Positions 23,984 to 37,639 are shown, counted from the whole stretch's first letter. The stretch: 63,909 nucleotides of DNA, filler included, from Octopus bimaculoides (GCF_001194135.2; 9 parts of 9 records of this genome joined end to end with filler, not necessarily neighbours in it); one strand, 5' to 3'. Numbers and translations: made by a program. The notes: generated by a model not told the origin, from the sequence alone.

Positions 23984-24123
23984 TGGATGCCAAATCGAAA
24001 AGCGACAGCTACAGGATATGTTCTATGTACACACGCTCTGTCGGCAACCATTTTCACTTATGCGTCTAGTAAATATATAAATCCAGAAAATTACGAAGAA
24101 AACGAATTTGTCAATGGAGAAGC
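23984..24123 (+). CDS. MFS transporter, coding exon 4
   Basis: Acceptor GTATTCCAG, 140 nt, donor GTAAGT. It encodes WMPNRKATATGYVLCTHALSATIFTYASSKYINPENYEENEFVNGE(A) and completes the family-typical MKW.P junction. Phases 0 and 2. This exon is absent from the ORF track. Confidence 0.92.
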
Positions 24124-24397
24124 GTAAGTGAATATTTATTGATCATAATATATTAAGTATGTGCATATTAAAATCTAATTCCTCGCCCGATATTGTTGTC
24201 CATTAACCAAAACTTGAAAGTAATATATTAACCCCTTGAGGTCGTAACACCGGTTTATCAGTGGGATGGCTTGCTTTTCTCTATACCGTAGCAACGCTCT
24301 ATACCGTTACACCGGTGGAGTGCCAGGTATATTGTAAAATATGGTTCAGGGGGTGGGGGTCAGGTTCAAAGGAGGGCTCAAAAGGTTAAGTCTGTGT

Positions 24398-24617
24398 GAA
24401 GGTGTCGAGTTGGCAGAATCGTTAGCACGTCGGGCAAAATGCTTAGCAACATATCGTCCGTCTTTATATCCTGAGTTCAAATTCCGCCGAGGTCGACTTT
24501 ATCTTTCATTCTATCAAGGTCGATGAAATAAGTACCAGTTACGCACTGGAGTCAATGTAATCGATTAGTCCCCTCCCCAATAATTTCAGCCTTGTGCCTA
24601 TAGCAGAAAAGATTATT
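24398..24617 (+). mobile_element. Family A SINE in intron 4
   Basis: A box, B box, core and tail as in the other family A copies. Confidence 0.9.
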
Positions 24618-24679
24618 AGTATTCATTTTGTTCAGCCTGTACAAGTACGTGTGTAATAATAAAAATAAATGTGCACTTT

Positions 24680-24916
24680 TTAAAGCCTAGCCAGGCTCAT
24701 GGGCCGGTTTCCCGGTTTCAATGGTATATGTGTTCCGTAGATGGACAGGACACCAGTCCATCGCAGCGTTACTCATTTTTGCCAGCTGAGTGGACTGGAG
24801 CAACGTGAAATGAAGTGTTTTACTCAAGAACAAAACGCTAAGTCCGGTCCAGGAATCGAAACCAAATCTTTCAATCATGATGCTAACACCCTAACCATTA
24901 AGCTACGCGCCTCCAC
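24680..24916 (-). mobile_element. Family C SINE in intron 4
   Basis: Colinear with 49-287. Confidence 0.92.
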
Positions 24917-25073
24917 ACAAGTAAGTGTGTACTCACCGTTATTTTATTTACTTAATTCAAGTTTAGGAAAATTGAAACATGTCTTTGACAGTTCTGGAGT
25001 GTATTGAACCTATTTTGTGAGTGACTTTTAGCCAAACCTGTACAATATGCTTTCTTTTTATTTTATTTCCCAG

Positions 25074-25188
25074 TTACTTTAGCCAGAAAGATCTTCTGGC
25101 ACGAGTTCCAAAGTGTTTTTTAATGCTGGGTTGTGTCTTCATGGTATCTCAATTAATCAGTGTCTGTTTGATTTCCAACCCCAAGGAG
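25074..25188 (+). CDS. MFS transporter, coding exon 5 (TM6); CDS continues but later exons were not found
   Basis: Acceptor TTTTATTTCCCAG, 115 nt, donor GTAATT. It encodes YFSQKDLLARVPKCFLMLGCVFMVSQLISVCLISNPKE. Phases 2 and 0. Confidence 0.92.
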
Positions 25189-25416
25189 GTAATTATATTG
25201 AATATTTTGTAAAATTTAATTCAAGAATAAAATTAAGATTTACTTTATTCAGTCGACCAGCCAACAACATACATAGGTCAAATGACAGATTTACGCATAC
25301 TTTCCTTGTGACCCAATCTCATTCAGAAGGCATGTGAGATGACCGGAGGTAATAGCAAAACAAAGGCAGTTGTCTAAGGTGCTGAACATTGAGCACGCAA
25401 CCACGGTGGGGAGGGA

Positions 25417-25484
<68 letters not shown>

Positions 25485-26390
25485 NNNNNNNNNNNNNNNN
25501 NNNNNNNNNNNNNNNNNNNNNNNNNNNNTTAATTAATTAANNNNNNNNNNNNNNNNNNNNNNNNNNNNNNNNNNNNNNNNNNNNATATATATATATATAT
25601 ATCGTGTGTGTATGAGAGAGACTGTGATAAGGAGAGAGCTGAATCAAGGCAGATTGAATGAAAACCTGAGACAGGCAGAAAAGGGGGAGAGACAAAGACA
25701 CGATGTTATTTGTTGTGATGGAATGTATGTGTGCGTTTGTGTTAGTGTGTGCACATGTGTGTGTGTAAGATTGCGTGACAGGAAGAGAAAAGTAGAAAGA
25801 GAATGAAACAATGGACCTTAGAAAAGAAATAGCGTAAGAGAAAAAAAGACCCAAAAAACAAAATAATTAAAAAGGAAAAGCGAATAAACATGGACGAAAA
25901 GTAGGTAGAAATATATAGATTAAATAAGGAAAAGGGGGGGGAGGAGAATAAGAATCGTAAGAGGGTAGAAAGAAAGAAGGGTAGAAAGAAAGAAGGGTAG
26001 AAAGAGGGAGAAGAAAGAAAGAGAGAAGAGAGTCGATGTATTCTCTGAGACATTTGGTGAAATTGCAACAGGAAATAAACCTTTGTTTCTTACGATAAAT
26101 TGTGACCAGTATAATCGTATCAATTTGATAAGAGATAAAAGCATAGAAGAGAGGAAAAAATCTATTCCCACACTCACTATTATTTACATTTTTGTCTAGT
26201 TTTCTCCCCCGTTCCCGCCTTTCCCCTTCTTTTCTCCTTTTTGTATTTCTTTCTTTCTTCCTTTCTTTACTTCTTTCTTTCATTGTTTATTTTTTTTCTT
26301 TACATTTATACGCGTTTCTCTTTGTGTCATTTCCATATTAATTGGGCAATTTCAAAACAATTTAATCACTGAATACGTACATAAAGCACA

Positions 26391-26440
<50 letters not shown>

Positions 26441-26457
26441 CAGATAGATAGATAGAC

Positions 26458-26499
<42 letters not shown>

Positions 26500-26808
26500 T
26501 GACAGCCAAACTGAAAGAGGGACAGAGAGTGAAACAAAGAGAGAAGATGAAGCGAGATTGCTATAAATGCACACTCAGAAATATGGGGGTGTATGTATGT
26601 GGGTGTACTCACAAATAGATAAACACAAATATAAATACATACATATATGTTTATTAAAGAAGAAAATATGATCCGAAAGAACGTATGCAAAGAAAGAGTC
26701 CTAAAAATATCAATAAGTGCATACATACCTATCTGCGTACATGTACACACACATATCTATTTATACATATACACATACACACACAAACATATATATACAT
26801 ATATACTG

Positions 26809-26923
<115 letters not shown>

Positions 26924-27719
26924 ATATGTGAATGTGTCTCTGAGTTAAAATATGATAGAATTTCCTTTTTCTGTCTTTTTTAGAGTTAAAATAAGAATAG
27001 TATACGAAGCAATTCTCAAACTAAACAAGGGCATTCGGATATTCTGCCTCCTACATAAGAACGGGAATACAGTAGCTCCATTCACCTTCATAGTTCCGGA
27101 TCCACTGTATGTATGTATGTATGGATGTATTGTGAAAATTTACAGTAAAAAAACACAAAAGAAGAATTAGCAAACGGCTTCGTTTGCCAAAGTCATAGGC
27201 AAGTTCATCGGTTCTTGTTAGGTTTATTGATCCGGGGGTATTTCTAACTGACGAGGCACATCGATTTCGAAATACCGATTGTCCCAGAATACTCATGAAT
27301 CGAACGTTATGAACACATATTCATCATAAAGCAGAAGCTGTACTCTTCTGACGAAACAGAACAGTAACAAGCTTACTCACGTTCGAATCAGCCGGAATGT
27401 ATTGAGAATAAATATGTGCCATCGTTTTGAATCTTTGTTCACGCGCACATGATCATTTGTCCCCCCTCCCACACACACGCATGTATGCACACACGCATAT
27501 ACATGCAGACACATTTACACAAACACACACAAACACACATATGGCTCCCAGTAGAAACAAAATTTATGATGAACTTGTCTATACTTTTATTATTGAGCAT
27601 CTCACATCAGTAAATGTTCTATTGTTATGCGTAAAATTGTTTAAAATAACAACGCCCGAAATTAGCATGCAATGCACGCACACAAACACACACACTCACA
27701 CATACACACACACGCATAC

Positions 27720-27755
<36 letters not shown>

Positions 27756-28843
27756 ATAGACATTCGTACAGGTATGCGTTCACAGACTTTACATGCATAA
27801 AACACACAAATATCTCTGTTCACACAGAGACAAATTGAACGTGCAGTGAGATGTCTAGAAACCGAAAGACAGCACAAATCACATACGTTGTAGACAAGCA
27901 ATGTGCACATATAACATAAATATACACAGAAATAGAAACAATAGAAAAAGCAGACGACACATGTTTTAGCCTCTGGCAGCAAGGCTGAAGTGGATAAAAC
28001 CGATGAAAGCGAAAACAAGAAAAGCGCCATTGTTTTTTGTTCGGTTTTAAGGGAACAATTTCTCTTCTGATTAAACTATCTTCTTCACATTGCCATTACA
28101 TCGTATTAACTGATTGTTTACGTGTTTCTTCAACTTTCCAGAAGTAGAAAAGAAAAAACGAAAAATTAAACAAAAGAAATCGGTGGTTTATACTGAGGAG
28201 ACAATCCTTTATACAATTTCTTGTCAAGGAATTTATTTGGTTGTAATAAAGTGGTTTGTTTAACATCGTCTGACTTCGTAATTATTTTTGTTCAGCCATT
28301 GTACATCTATTGTTTGATATTATTAAAATGAAGGTAAATTTAACATATTCATAAAATACACAACCACATGCCTAGAGACAATACATATATTGAATAACAT
28401 AAAGACATGCTCGTATACATGTCACTTAGAATGATAATCACTTTATCATATGCACACGCATGCACATAGAAATGTAGACATTAGAAAATATCATGTATTC
28501 TTAAAATATTGTAAAGTTAATAAAGAAAACTATGACGAAGCAAAACAACAAATCAAATTTAAAAAAAAAAACTTTCATAAGAAACACCATTGTAGTTCGC
28601 TTGTAAATACAAGAACGCCAAGCAAGACGTAAAATATATGTAACTCAATATTTGCTTTAATTTTTTCCTGTTCGGCACAGTAGAATAAGAGTTAAACTGA
28701 TGGTAAGTCATGTCTGAGACTCGATTTCAATCCCAGCTGCAAGTACTTTACTTGCGATGCTATTTTGTGGTTAATGTTGTCAATGGTTTGGGAAGTGCAT
28801 AGATACATGAATTAGAAACAATATATTGTTTCTATATATTGTT

Positions 28844-29082
28844 AAGGCGGCGAGCTAGCAGAAACGTTAGCACGTCGGGCGAAATGCTTAGCAGTATTTC
28901 GTCTGTCTTTACGTTCTGAGTTCAAATTCCGCCGAGGTCAACTTAGCCTTTAATCCTTTCGGGGTCAATAAATTAAGTACCAGTTACGTACTGGGGTCGA
29001 TGTAATCGACTTAATCCCTTTGTCTGTCCTTGTTTGTTCCCTCTATGTTTAGCCCCTTGTGGACAATAAAGAAATAAGAAAC
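28844..29082 (+). mobile_element. Family A SINE, well preserved, with an alternative 3' tail
   Basis: The head and core are canonical, but the tail is AATCCCTTTGTCTGTCCTTGTTTG..CCCCTTGTGGACAATAAAGAAATAAG. Confidence 0.92.
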
Positions 29083-29914
29083 AATATATAATGACAGTAT
29101 GCAGTATGTTGTGGGGTGTCTGTGACCCATTGCCCCCTCTACCTCCACTAAGAGACTTGCTCAACTGGTTATGATCAAGCAACTGACAAGCAAATCTGTG
29201 ATATTGAGCAGAATATTTGCTGTAGCCCATCTTTTTATTGTAGACACAATTTATGTTTTTATGAGCTATTAGCTTCATTCTTATTATACCATGTGAGCAT
29301 AGCCTCACGATTGCACTGAGGCACTAGATGTGTTTAAACATGCTGTTTGAGCTGCTGTTACCGCATGAAACTGATAGTAGTTCATAAAAACATATATTGT
29401 GCTTATAAAATAATAATATTTGTCTCTCACCAAGTGGAGTTCTTTTTTGTTAAACTTACCATCACGGAACAGTACACTAAATATATATTTAAATTAAAGG
29501 AAGAGGAAAATAAAACCAAGCAAGATAAGCTTATCAGGTCATTTAAATTATTTTAATTATTAAAATGGCGATTCGAAGTAAGCAAAAATAAATAATAATA
29601 CCTTACAGCTGTTTCTGGGATATCCCAGGTAATGGATCAATGTGTTGACCCATATTTCCATATATTCTGGGTATTCTGTCACCGGAGACAAGGTATATAT
29701 GCAAGAAACTTCTAGTATTAAGTTCAAAGCTCAGAGTTCATCGAGTTTCAGAGGCTATTGGGGGAGGGGTATATCTATATTTCCGTGAAGGCCTACCTCC
29801 TTACGTATAATCCCAGGTTAGTCCATAGTTCAGAAAGCGGATTGAGTGATGCATCCAGTTAAGAAAATAGATCCAGCAGTTTAGATCAACAGTGGCCTAA
29901 ACTCTTCCTATTCA

Positions 29915-29987
<73 letters not shown>

Positions 29988-30164
29988 NNNNNNNNNNNNN
30001 NNNNNNNNNNNNNNNNNNNNNNNNNNNNNNNNNNNNNNNNNNNNNNNNNNNNNNNNNNNNNNNNNNNNNNNNNNNNNNNNNNNNNNNNNNNNNNNNNNNN
30101 NNNNNNNNNNNNNNCACGCATGCACGCACGCACGCATGTATGTATGTATGTATGTATGTATGTA

Positions 30165-30512
30165 TAACTGTGTCAAGTCCTCATTAAAGGCCTGTGATAT
30201 GCAGGACACTGACTGGGAGAACAATGCCTGTCATCGCCACAGATGGAGGAAGCAGGCTAAGGAGGGGGTCGACACTTTTGAGAGAGCACGTATTCTGCAT
30301 GAAGTACTTAAGCGTGCTGCTCGAAAGCGCACGGCTCGTATAGTGAATGGGGAAAGCTTGGTTTGCAATATTTGCAGTTGTGTATGCATGTCAAGAGCAG
30401 GGCTCATTAGCCACCAACTGAGCCGCAAATGCAAAATATAAGTTAGTCCTAGAGCGCACAATGTTCCTGAAGGTCAGCGATGGTCTTCCTCGGTCACGAG
30501 TAGACGGCCATC
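30165..30512 (+). mobile_element. 5'-truncated RTE LINE 3' end flanked on both sides by (ATGT)n
   Basis: It encodes DWENNACHRHRWRKQAKEG...CNICSCVCMSRAGLISHQ, the C-terminal C2H2-like motif of RTE elements. Confidence 0.88.
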
Positions 30513-30819
30513 ATGTATGTATGTATGTATGTATGTATGTATGCAACATGAAGTTGAAGCACACCATGTGGATTCTATAAACTGTATAAGCATTGAAGAG
30601 AATTTATCAGTTGTGTTTGTTCTAATTCAGAGAAATACCATCACAAATATAGTTGTACATATCAACATTTCGACTACTTGCTTCTTCAGTTTCATTCATT
30701 CGTTTCTTATGTGTAGGGCGAAACTTTAATCTGATGTCAGAGTTCTTCGAATTTAATCTCTCCGAACATTTTTTCGTTATCTAACCATGTAATGCAGCGA
30801 CTATATATAGAATGGCGTA

Positions 30820-31036
30820 CGAGGGGCGCTGAAAAGTAACTGGTTTTGGCTAAAAGAAAATACAGGAGGATCAGTTAATTATGATTTTATTCAACATATT
30901 CCCCTCTCAGATTCACACACTTACTGTAGTGGTTCTTCAGCTTTTCTAATCCCTGTAAAGGAATTCGGAAGGTTGTTCCTCCAACCAGACCTTTTGCGAT
31001 TCCCTTAAAGCCAGGATCATTCGGCACCCTCTCGTG
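30820..31036. mobile_element. Mariner-type MITE with TA target duplication
   Basis: TA|CGAGGGGCGCTGAAAAG at the left end and CATTCGGCACCCTCTCGTG|TA at the right end (imperfect TIR). Confidence 0.75.
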
Positions 31037-31237
31037 TATTGATCCTTTATTTCATATCGTCAAAGTTTTATAGAGAAACTCTAAAATTAATCTCATGAAA
31101 AGCACCAACATGGTTAAGCACAGTGAAGACTGATTGACGATGTCACAATAAAACTTATGTATGATGTACGATAGATACAGTATTCCGTAACTGTAAGCTG
31201 TTTCTTTTATTTACTTGTTTCAATCATTGGACTGCGA

Positions 31238-31276
<39 letters not shown>

Positions 31277-32644
31277 CAAATATTCTATAATTATAAGCAT
31301 AATTATAATCAGGAGTCAGCTAAGTTCTTCGCCACGCACCGAATTTAGAAATAGCACGTCCGCTTGCGTGTTATAATGGATCTCTATCGAGTTTGCCCAT
31401 GAGTATTCCCACGTATTCACTGAATCAGCATGTAAGTAACCGAATATTCCACAGACACACATATCATTAACGTATTATTGATGTGAAATCAGCAGAAATT
31501 AAAGTCCAGTCTTTCCACACACTGTGTGACACAGTTGGCCTTATACATAACAACCCGATCGGCTTTTGCATAGTTTCCGTCCACCCAGTTTCCCTTATAT
31601 ATTTTGAGTCGATCCAAGGTTACGGTTAAAGAGGTATGCCTAAGATATCATGCAGTGGGACTGAACCCGTGTAATTGTGATTGCGAAACGAACTCGTTTA
31701 GCCTTTTGTCCATGTTGTACATGGACAAAAGCAGCGGACTCGCNNNNNNNNNNCACTTGCACGTTAATTTCACGTGCAGGCTGTTCCGCTGATCGGATCA
31801 ACTGGAACCCTCGACGTCGTATGCGACGGAGTGCCAACAACAACAACAACAACATCCCGCATCATATGTCTGCACTGGTTTAACTATTGTTCTAAAAGTA
31901 TCTGAACTAAAGTCCGCTCTTAGTTTAACTTCGTCATACTTATTTATTGAAAACCTTTTTGTGAACTGTTTCCAAACAAACAGTAATGTGATCTTATAGA
32001 CTTTTGTAAATAAATTAACGTGATAAATATGCTATCTGACATTTAATTTATATTATGTAAACTATGTTTTAGAAAATATTAACAGTGGGAGGGGGGAAAA
32101 GAATGAAAGAATGAACTTATAGCTCGTGTCATTTGGGTGCGACCAGAGGTCAGTGACCTATGGAATAAGATCGCCTGTCAAGGTTTGGAAGGTTTTATCA
32201 AACATAATGCAACGTAAACATGTACCTATCTTTTTCCTCAGTCTTTCATTTATCAAGATTTTTCGTCCATCTTTTTTTTATTTCTTTATTCATAAATATA
32301 AATATTTTAAAAGTTGTTTTTGTTTTCTGTTTAAAAAAAAAAACTATTTACGTTAGTGTTTTGTTTAGATTATTCTGAAAATACGCATAATTTATGACTT
32401 TTCCACCCAGTCTTTTTCACAAGTCCTTTTTATATGATCATAGACACTTATCTAATTCGTCCGCTATACAGATGACTGCACCCAGATTGGAATATATATT
32501 TAATTAGAAACAATAAAGTCATATAAAGCATACAAATTATCATTTGAATGTCTACTGAAGATAGTGATTTATCATTTGCAGCAATTTTGGAAACACTTGA
32601 TATGTAAATATATATTCGTATTTACTAATGTGTAAGATTTGATA

Positions 32645-32945
32645 AAAGCAGCTAACAAACAGATTCGTAAGTACGTCGGACAAAATGCTTAGCAGCACAA
32701 CCTCTGGCTTTTTACGTTCTAAGTTTAAATCACGCTGAGGTCAACTTTGTCTTTCGACATTACGGGTTGATAAAGTACCAGTCAAGTACTGGGGTCGATG
32801 TACTTGACTTCCTACTCACCTCACAATTGCTGGTTTTGAACCCTGCAACAGGCCAGCGTCTGGTTCAGGTGGGAATGTGATCCCGGTTACTTAGAAGCGA
32901 TGGAAACCGGGTAACCAACCTTATGAATTCTATGGCTCGTGAGAA
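32645..32945 (+). mobile_element. Composite SINE: family A head/core joined to a family C-like 3' module
   Basis: The A core (AAGTACCAGTC..CTGGGGTCGATGTA) is followed by CCTGCAACAGGCCAGCGTCTGGTTCAGGTGGGAA..GGAAACCGGG. Confidence 0.6.
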
Positions 32946-33799
32946 TAAAATTTGTCACGGTTTCTAAGATCGTACTGTTTGTTTGTTTTTTATGACTGGC
33001 GTTTACGTAATAACTGTCTAATGTGATCCTATTGTATATGGCGCAGATACGACAGATTTTTTTCCTTTTTTGTGTGTGTTTGTGTGTCTGCACATTGCGC
33101 TACTCAGTTTAAAATTACGTACAACCTCATGGGTTCTTTTTCTCGCAGTTCGCTCAGTTGCAAGTACTCAGACCAGGCTTCTAGATGGGGCCTATTGCGA
33201 CCTCACAGCCGACTAGTATACCCTACTCTTCCACTTTACTCTTCCCTAGATGCCAAAGAATAAAACTGAACACAAAAGACAAATTTCCCATCTTCCCTAA
33301 CATGTGTAGGTTCCGAGCCAACCAAGACCCCATACACCACGAATGGGCAAATCACACATCCAATTCCTTTCTGAAACCCAAATTCTCTCAGCGCTTATCC
33401 ATAGCCTATCTACTGCTTTGCTTGAGCGAAACGGTGAGATATTTTTCATTCCTTGTTGACAATATGTCCGGTCTCTCTGTGCTTTCCAGTTCCCGTGGAA
33501 TAAAAAATAAATCTCTTACTCGAAAAATAAGTAAGTTTTGGCGACAGGAAGTGCATCTGGCTCTAATATTCTCCTTCAAATGCGTCCTCGTCGTATCCAA
33601 GCAAACATTCTCCTTTACTTTAAAATATTGTTCGTGCCTGAACACGATGATTTGTGCGCTTGATAGGTTTGGTATTTTACGAGTGTAGAACTTTGTTTTT
33701 TTTTAAATTATTTCTGACGTAATAAAACCCCAAAACTGATTGTGTGAAAATATTTAATTTACTAATTATTGGTTTCAGTTTTTGGCATGAGATAAGCAA

Positions 33800-33962
33800 T
33801 TTCCGGGAAGCGGGTAAGTCAATTTCATCGGCCCCAGTGTTGTTCCCCAAAAGACGAAAAACAAAGTCGACCTCGGCAGAATTCGAACTCAGAATTTAAA
33901 TACAAACGAAATGCCGCTAGATATTTTGCCTGTACTAACGATTTTGCCAGCTCGCTGCCTTT
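33800..33962 (-). mobile_element. Family A SINE with a short internal deletion in the core
   Basis: The reverse head CGATTTTGCCAGCTCGCTGCCTT is present. The core jumps from CCCCAGTG directly to CCCCAAAAGACG. Confidence 0.8.
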
Positions 33963-35668
33963 TAAAAATATTTTCTTGGTAGAGATTGAAACTCCCATCT
34001 TTAAGTTATATCACTACTTACCAACATACTTACCCGCAAGGCCATCAAAGCAGCTACAATTTGATTTACTAATTATTGAGATGAAATCTACATCACAAAG
34101 CATATTTCTTTTACTTCTTAAAAAATATAGAATGAGTTTCTTATTCTGTATCAAATAACAGTAGTTTCCTTTTTCTTAATGAAATGCTGATTGTATGCTT
34201 GTGTTCTTAAATTTTAAATAGTTCAAAGAACACCCGATCATGAAACTTAATACATCTTCCAAAACATCATTCATGTTTCTTCGGGAACCTTCTTTACTTA
34301 ATTCTTTCCCTAATATCCATGCATCCCATACTATATACAGGGCATATTTCCCTGATATCCATGCATCGTATATGATACACACTTCCATCCTTTTTTTTTT
34401 TTTTAGCTACCAGAGTAGCATTTATTTATAAAAACGTATGAAACAAGGGCTGGCTAAGAGTCTGAAAACAAGCACGAACGTTTAGGACAAACTTATGAAA
34501 CTGCTTTGAACAGGCAAATGGTTAAGAAATTTTTGAAAAATCATAACGATAAATCGCTAAACCGTTTTCCAAATTGTCTTTCCTGTATTATATGGGATTC
34601 ATGCAACGGAATAGCAATGTAAATTCTATTTTTCAAATATGATTTGAAAATGTTTCTACGCAATTTGGAACTCGTATCCTATACAGCAAAATGTCCATGG
34701 ATAGCAAAATATACCGGGAAAATATCTAAATTATTTTTATATCTGTGTTCTAGAGATCATGTTTTACCATTAGCAAAATATATGTTTGTGTGTATGTATG
34801 TTGACGTTGAAAACCATCAATACATATAGAACTAAACTTTTATTATATTTAATTCATATGCGTTAGTAAGATTGTGTACGATTGTGCGTATGTAATTGTG
34901 TGAGAGAAAATCCTTCTTATGAAACTGAGTAAACAATATTTCACTGCAAAAAAACAAAAAGCATGAAGTAAAAGAAATCAGTTTCCAAGTAGGAAAAAAA
35001 TTGGTAACTTTCTTTGGTTACATTTTTAAAGGAAGTTGAAGTGAACATTGCCTGAAGGTAAAGAAAAGAGAGAGAGAAGGGACGAGAGAAAGAGAGAAAC
35101 TGTAGAAGTAGGGCTGGAGTCGACTTACTGGAAATTAACAATTGGAAGAGAATAATTAGAAATATTGAAAAGACAACTAAAAACACACCAATATGATCGG
35201 ATAACCAAAACATAACGGGAAAATATGATTTAACGTCTTATTACTAATTGGCTTATCCCATCTCCGAAATAATAAGTCACAATTAATGACGCAGGCACAT
35301 CATCTGGAATTGTTCATAAACATGATGACTTAACCATAAGAACTAGAAGTAGTCAGATAGAGAGGAAATTCAATGGCATGGCGTGTGTGTGTGTGTGCGC
35401 CTGCGGCACCTTCTGAAGTGATCGTCTGCTAGTTTTTCATCCACTTATTTTAATTTAATACTGTCTTTATCTACTTGGTGTTTTCACCGCTACCGCCGTC
35501 AGCTTCTTCACTTGACTAATGTTAAAGATTTTCCTGCAATAAAAACGGAAATAATTTTCAATGAAAATGGGGTTGTTTTGATCTGCCATTTTATGACTAT
35601 TATTGTAATTAATCTTTATTTATTCATATATATAAAGACGCACACGTGTATATATACATACATATTTG

Positions 35669-35719
<51 letters not shown>

Positions 35720-36294
35720 NNNNNNNNNNNNNNNNNNNNNNNNNNNNNNNNNNNNNNNNNNNNNNNNNNNNNNNNNNNNNNNNNNNNNNNNNNNNNNNNN
35801 NNNNNNNNNNNNNNNNNNNNNNNNNNNNNNNNNNNNNNNNNNNNNNNNNNNNNNNNNNNNNNNNNNNNNNNNNNNNNNNNNNNNNNNNNNNNNNNNNNNN
35901 NNNNNNNNNNNNNNNNNNNNNNNNNNNNNNNNNNNNNNNNNNNNNNNNNNNNNNNNNNNNNNNNNNNNNNNNNNNNNNNNNNNNNNNNNNNNNNNNNNNN
36001 NNNNNNNNNNNNNNNNNNNNNNNNNNNNNNNNNNNNNNNNNNNNNNNNNNNNNNNNNNNNNNNNNNNNNNNNNNNNNNNNNNNNNNNNNNNNNNNNNNNN
36101 NNNNNNNNNNNNNNNNNNNNNNNNNNNNNNNNNNNNNNNNNNNNNNNNNNNNNNNNNNNNNNNNNNNNNNNNNNNNNNNNNNNNNNNNNNNNNNNNNNNN
36201 NNNNNNNNNNNNNNNNNNNNNNNNNNNNNNNNNNNNNNNNNNNNNNNNNNNNNNNNNNNNNNNNNNNNNNNNNNNNNNNNNNNNNNNNNNNNNN

Positions 36295-36432
36295 CCCGTA
36301 ACTTAGCGTTCAGTAAAAGAGACCGATAGAATAAGTACTAGGATTACAGAGAATAAGTCCGGGGTTGATTTGTTCGCCTAAAGGCAGTGCTCCAGCATGG
36401 CCGCAGTCAAAATGATCGAAAGAAATAAAAGA
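36295..36432 (+). mobile_element. 3' half of a family B SINE emerging from a gap
   Basis: CCCGTAACTTAGCG..GACCGATAGAATAAGTACTAGG..GTGCTCCAGCATGGCCGCAGTC. Confidence 0.88.
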
Positions 36433-37256
36433 GTAATTCACAGACGTGTAAGTTTCTATTACCTTTCAGATTCATAAGCGTCATCACTTAAATGTATTCT
36501 CCCCTATACGTGTATGCTTTTGATTTTCAAATTTCTACCTATATTTTTGCTATTACCTATGTTTCAAGTCTACCTTGTTTCAGTAAGCATATGATCAAAA
36601 GCGTTCCGTCCTTGACAGCCCTGTCTTTGTTTGGGCAGCATGAATCTAATGCTAAATTATCCAATGTAGTTGTAACCTTTTCCGAGGCGGTGGAATGCGA
36701 TTAAAGGGAAATTTGTTTGTTATTTCTAGCAAGGAAAGCAACCACGTACGGCTCAATGCAGCCGAAACTCAAAGCATATGGGCTAAAGAGTACCAGTGAA
36801 ACACTGGGGTCGATGTAATCGACCAGTCCCCTCCCCCACATTTCAGGCATTGTGTCTATAGTAGAAAGGATTATTTATAGCTTTGAATGCTTCGAGATCC
36901 ACTGTCAAATTATTTATGTAATACTATATAAATATTAAGAGCAAGACTAAGGAAGGTCGAAATCACGTGATCTGATGGTCTCGGCTCTGGACATGGCGGG
37001 GATTTATCTCTCCGCCTGCGATATAAACAAAAGCGCATTTTGCTCCAAAAGACTATATGAGAGTTTCTCAAGGGGGGTAACTACCGCAGTATAGTTTGTT
37101 CTAACAGAACATTCACGTTTAAGTGGGGGATAAATAGATTTAATATCTAAATATAAAATAAAATTAAAAAAATCTAAATATAACTATAGTCTCTAAATAT
37201 ATCTCCTTTCCTAGTTAAACTCTTCAATCACTCTGTCTCTCTTTCTCTCTCTCTCA

Positions 37257-37297
<41 letters not shown>

Positions 37298-37639
37298 ACA
37301 TTCACATCCACATACACACAATCTCACTTTCGCTCGCTTTCTCTGTTGGTATCTATCCCAATCTAAATGAAGTTATTTACAGTGTATCAGGTTCTCACAA
37401 AAGGTTATCTATCTAACCCACAAAATATTTGAGAGACTCGGCAAAAACACAATGTTACTGTTGAACAGTGAATCATTCGACGGTATCTGGATTAAGACCT
37501 TCTTAGTTTAGTGGTTCTCAGTCTGACATATAACAGACTCCAAGCCTCAACAACCAAAATAAATGTGTATAGATTTTTGGCACCCATTCTTATTATTAAC
37601 TGTTTTCTATTTTAGACTAAGAGAGAAGCCGATACCATT

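Noticed and set aside
26982-27107. Possible exon 6 of the transporter (good acceptor, GTATGT donor, hydrophilic loop-like sequence)
   Set aside because: The required phase-0 frame has two stop codons.
27232-27280. Hammerhead ribozyme-like CTGACGA...GAAA with a possible stem III
   Set aside because: Stems I and II cannot form adequately. CTGATGAG at about 1444 and 38432 lacks a suitable GAAA.
27051-27296. Neuropeptide-like DELAYDFGKR in a minus-strand ORF
   Set aside because: It is a single motif with no signal peptide or repeats, so it is probably chance.
28141-28332. Segment with acceptor and donor giving KEFIWL..GLFN, loosely like TM7
   Set aside because: There are stops in every frame and the similarity is too weak.
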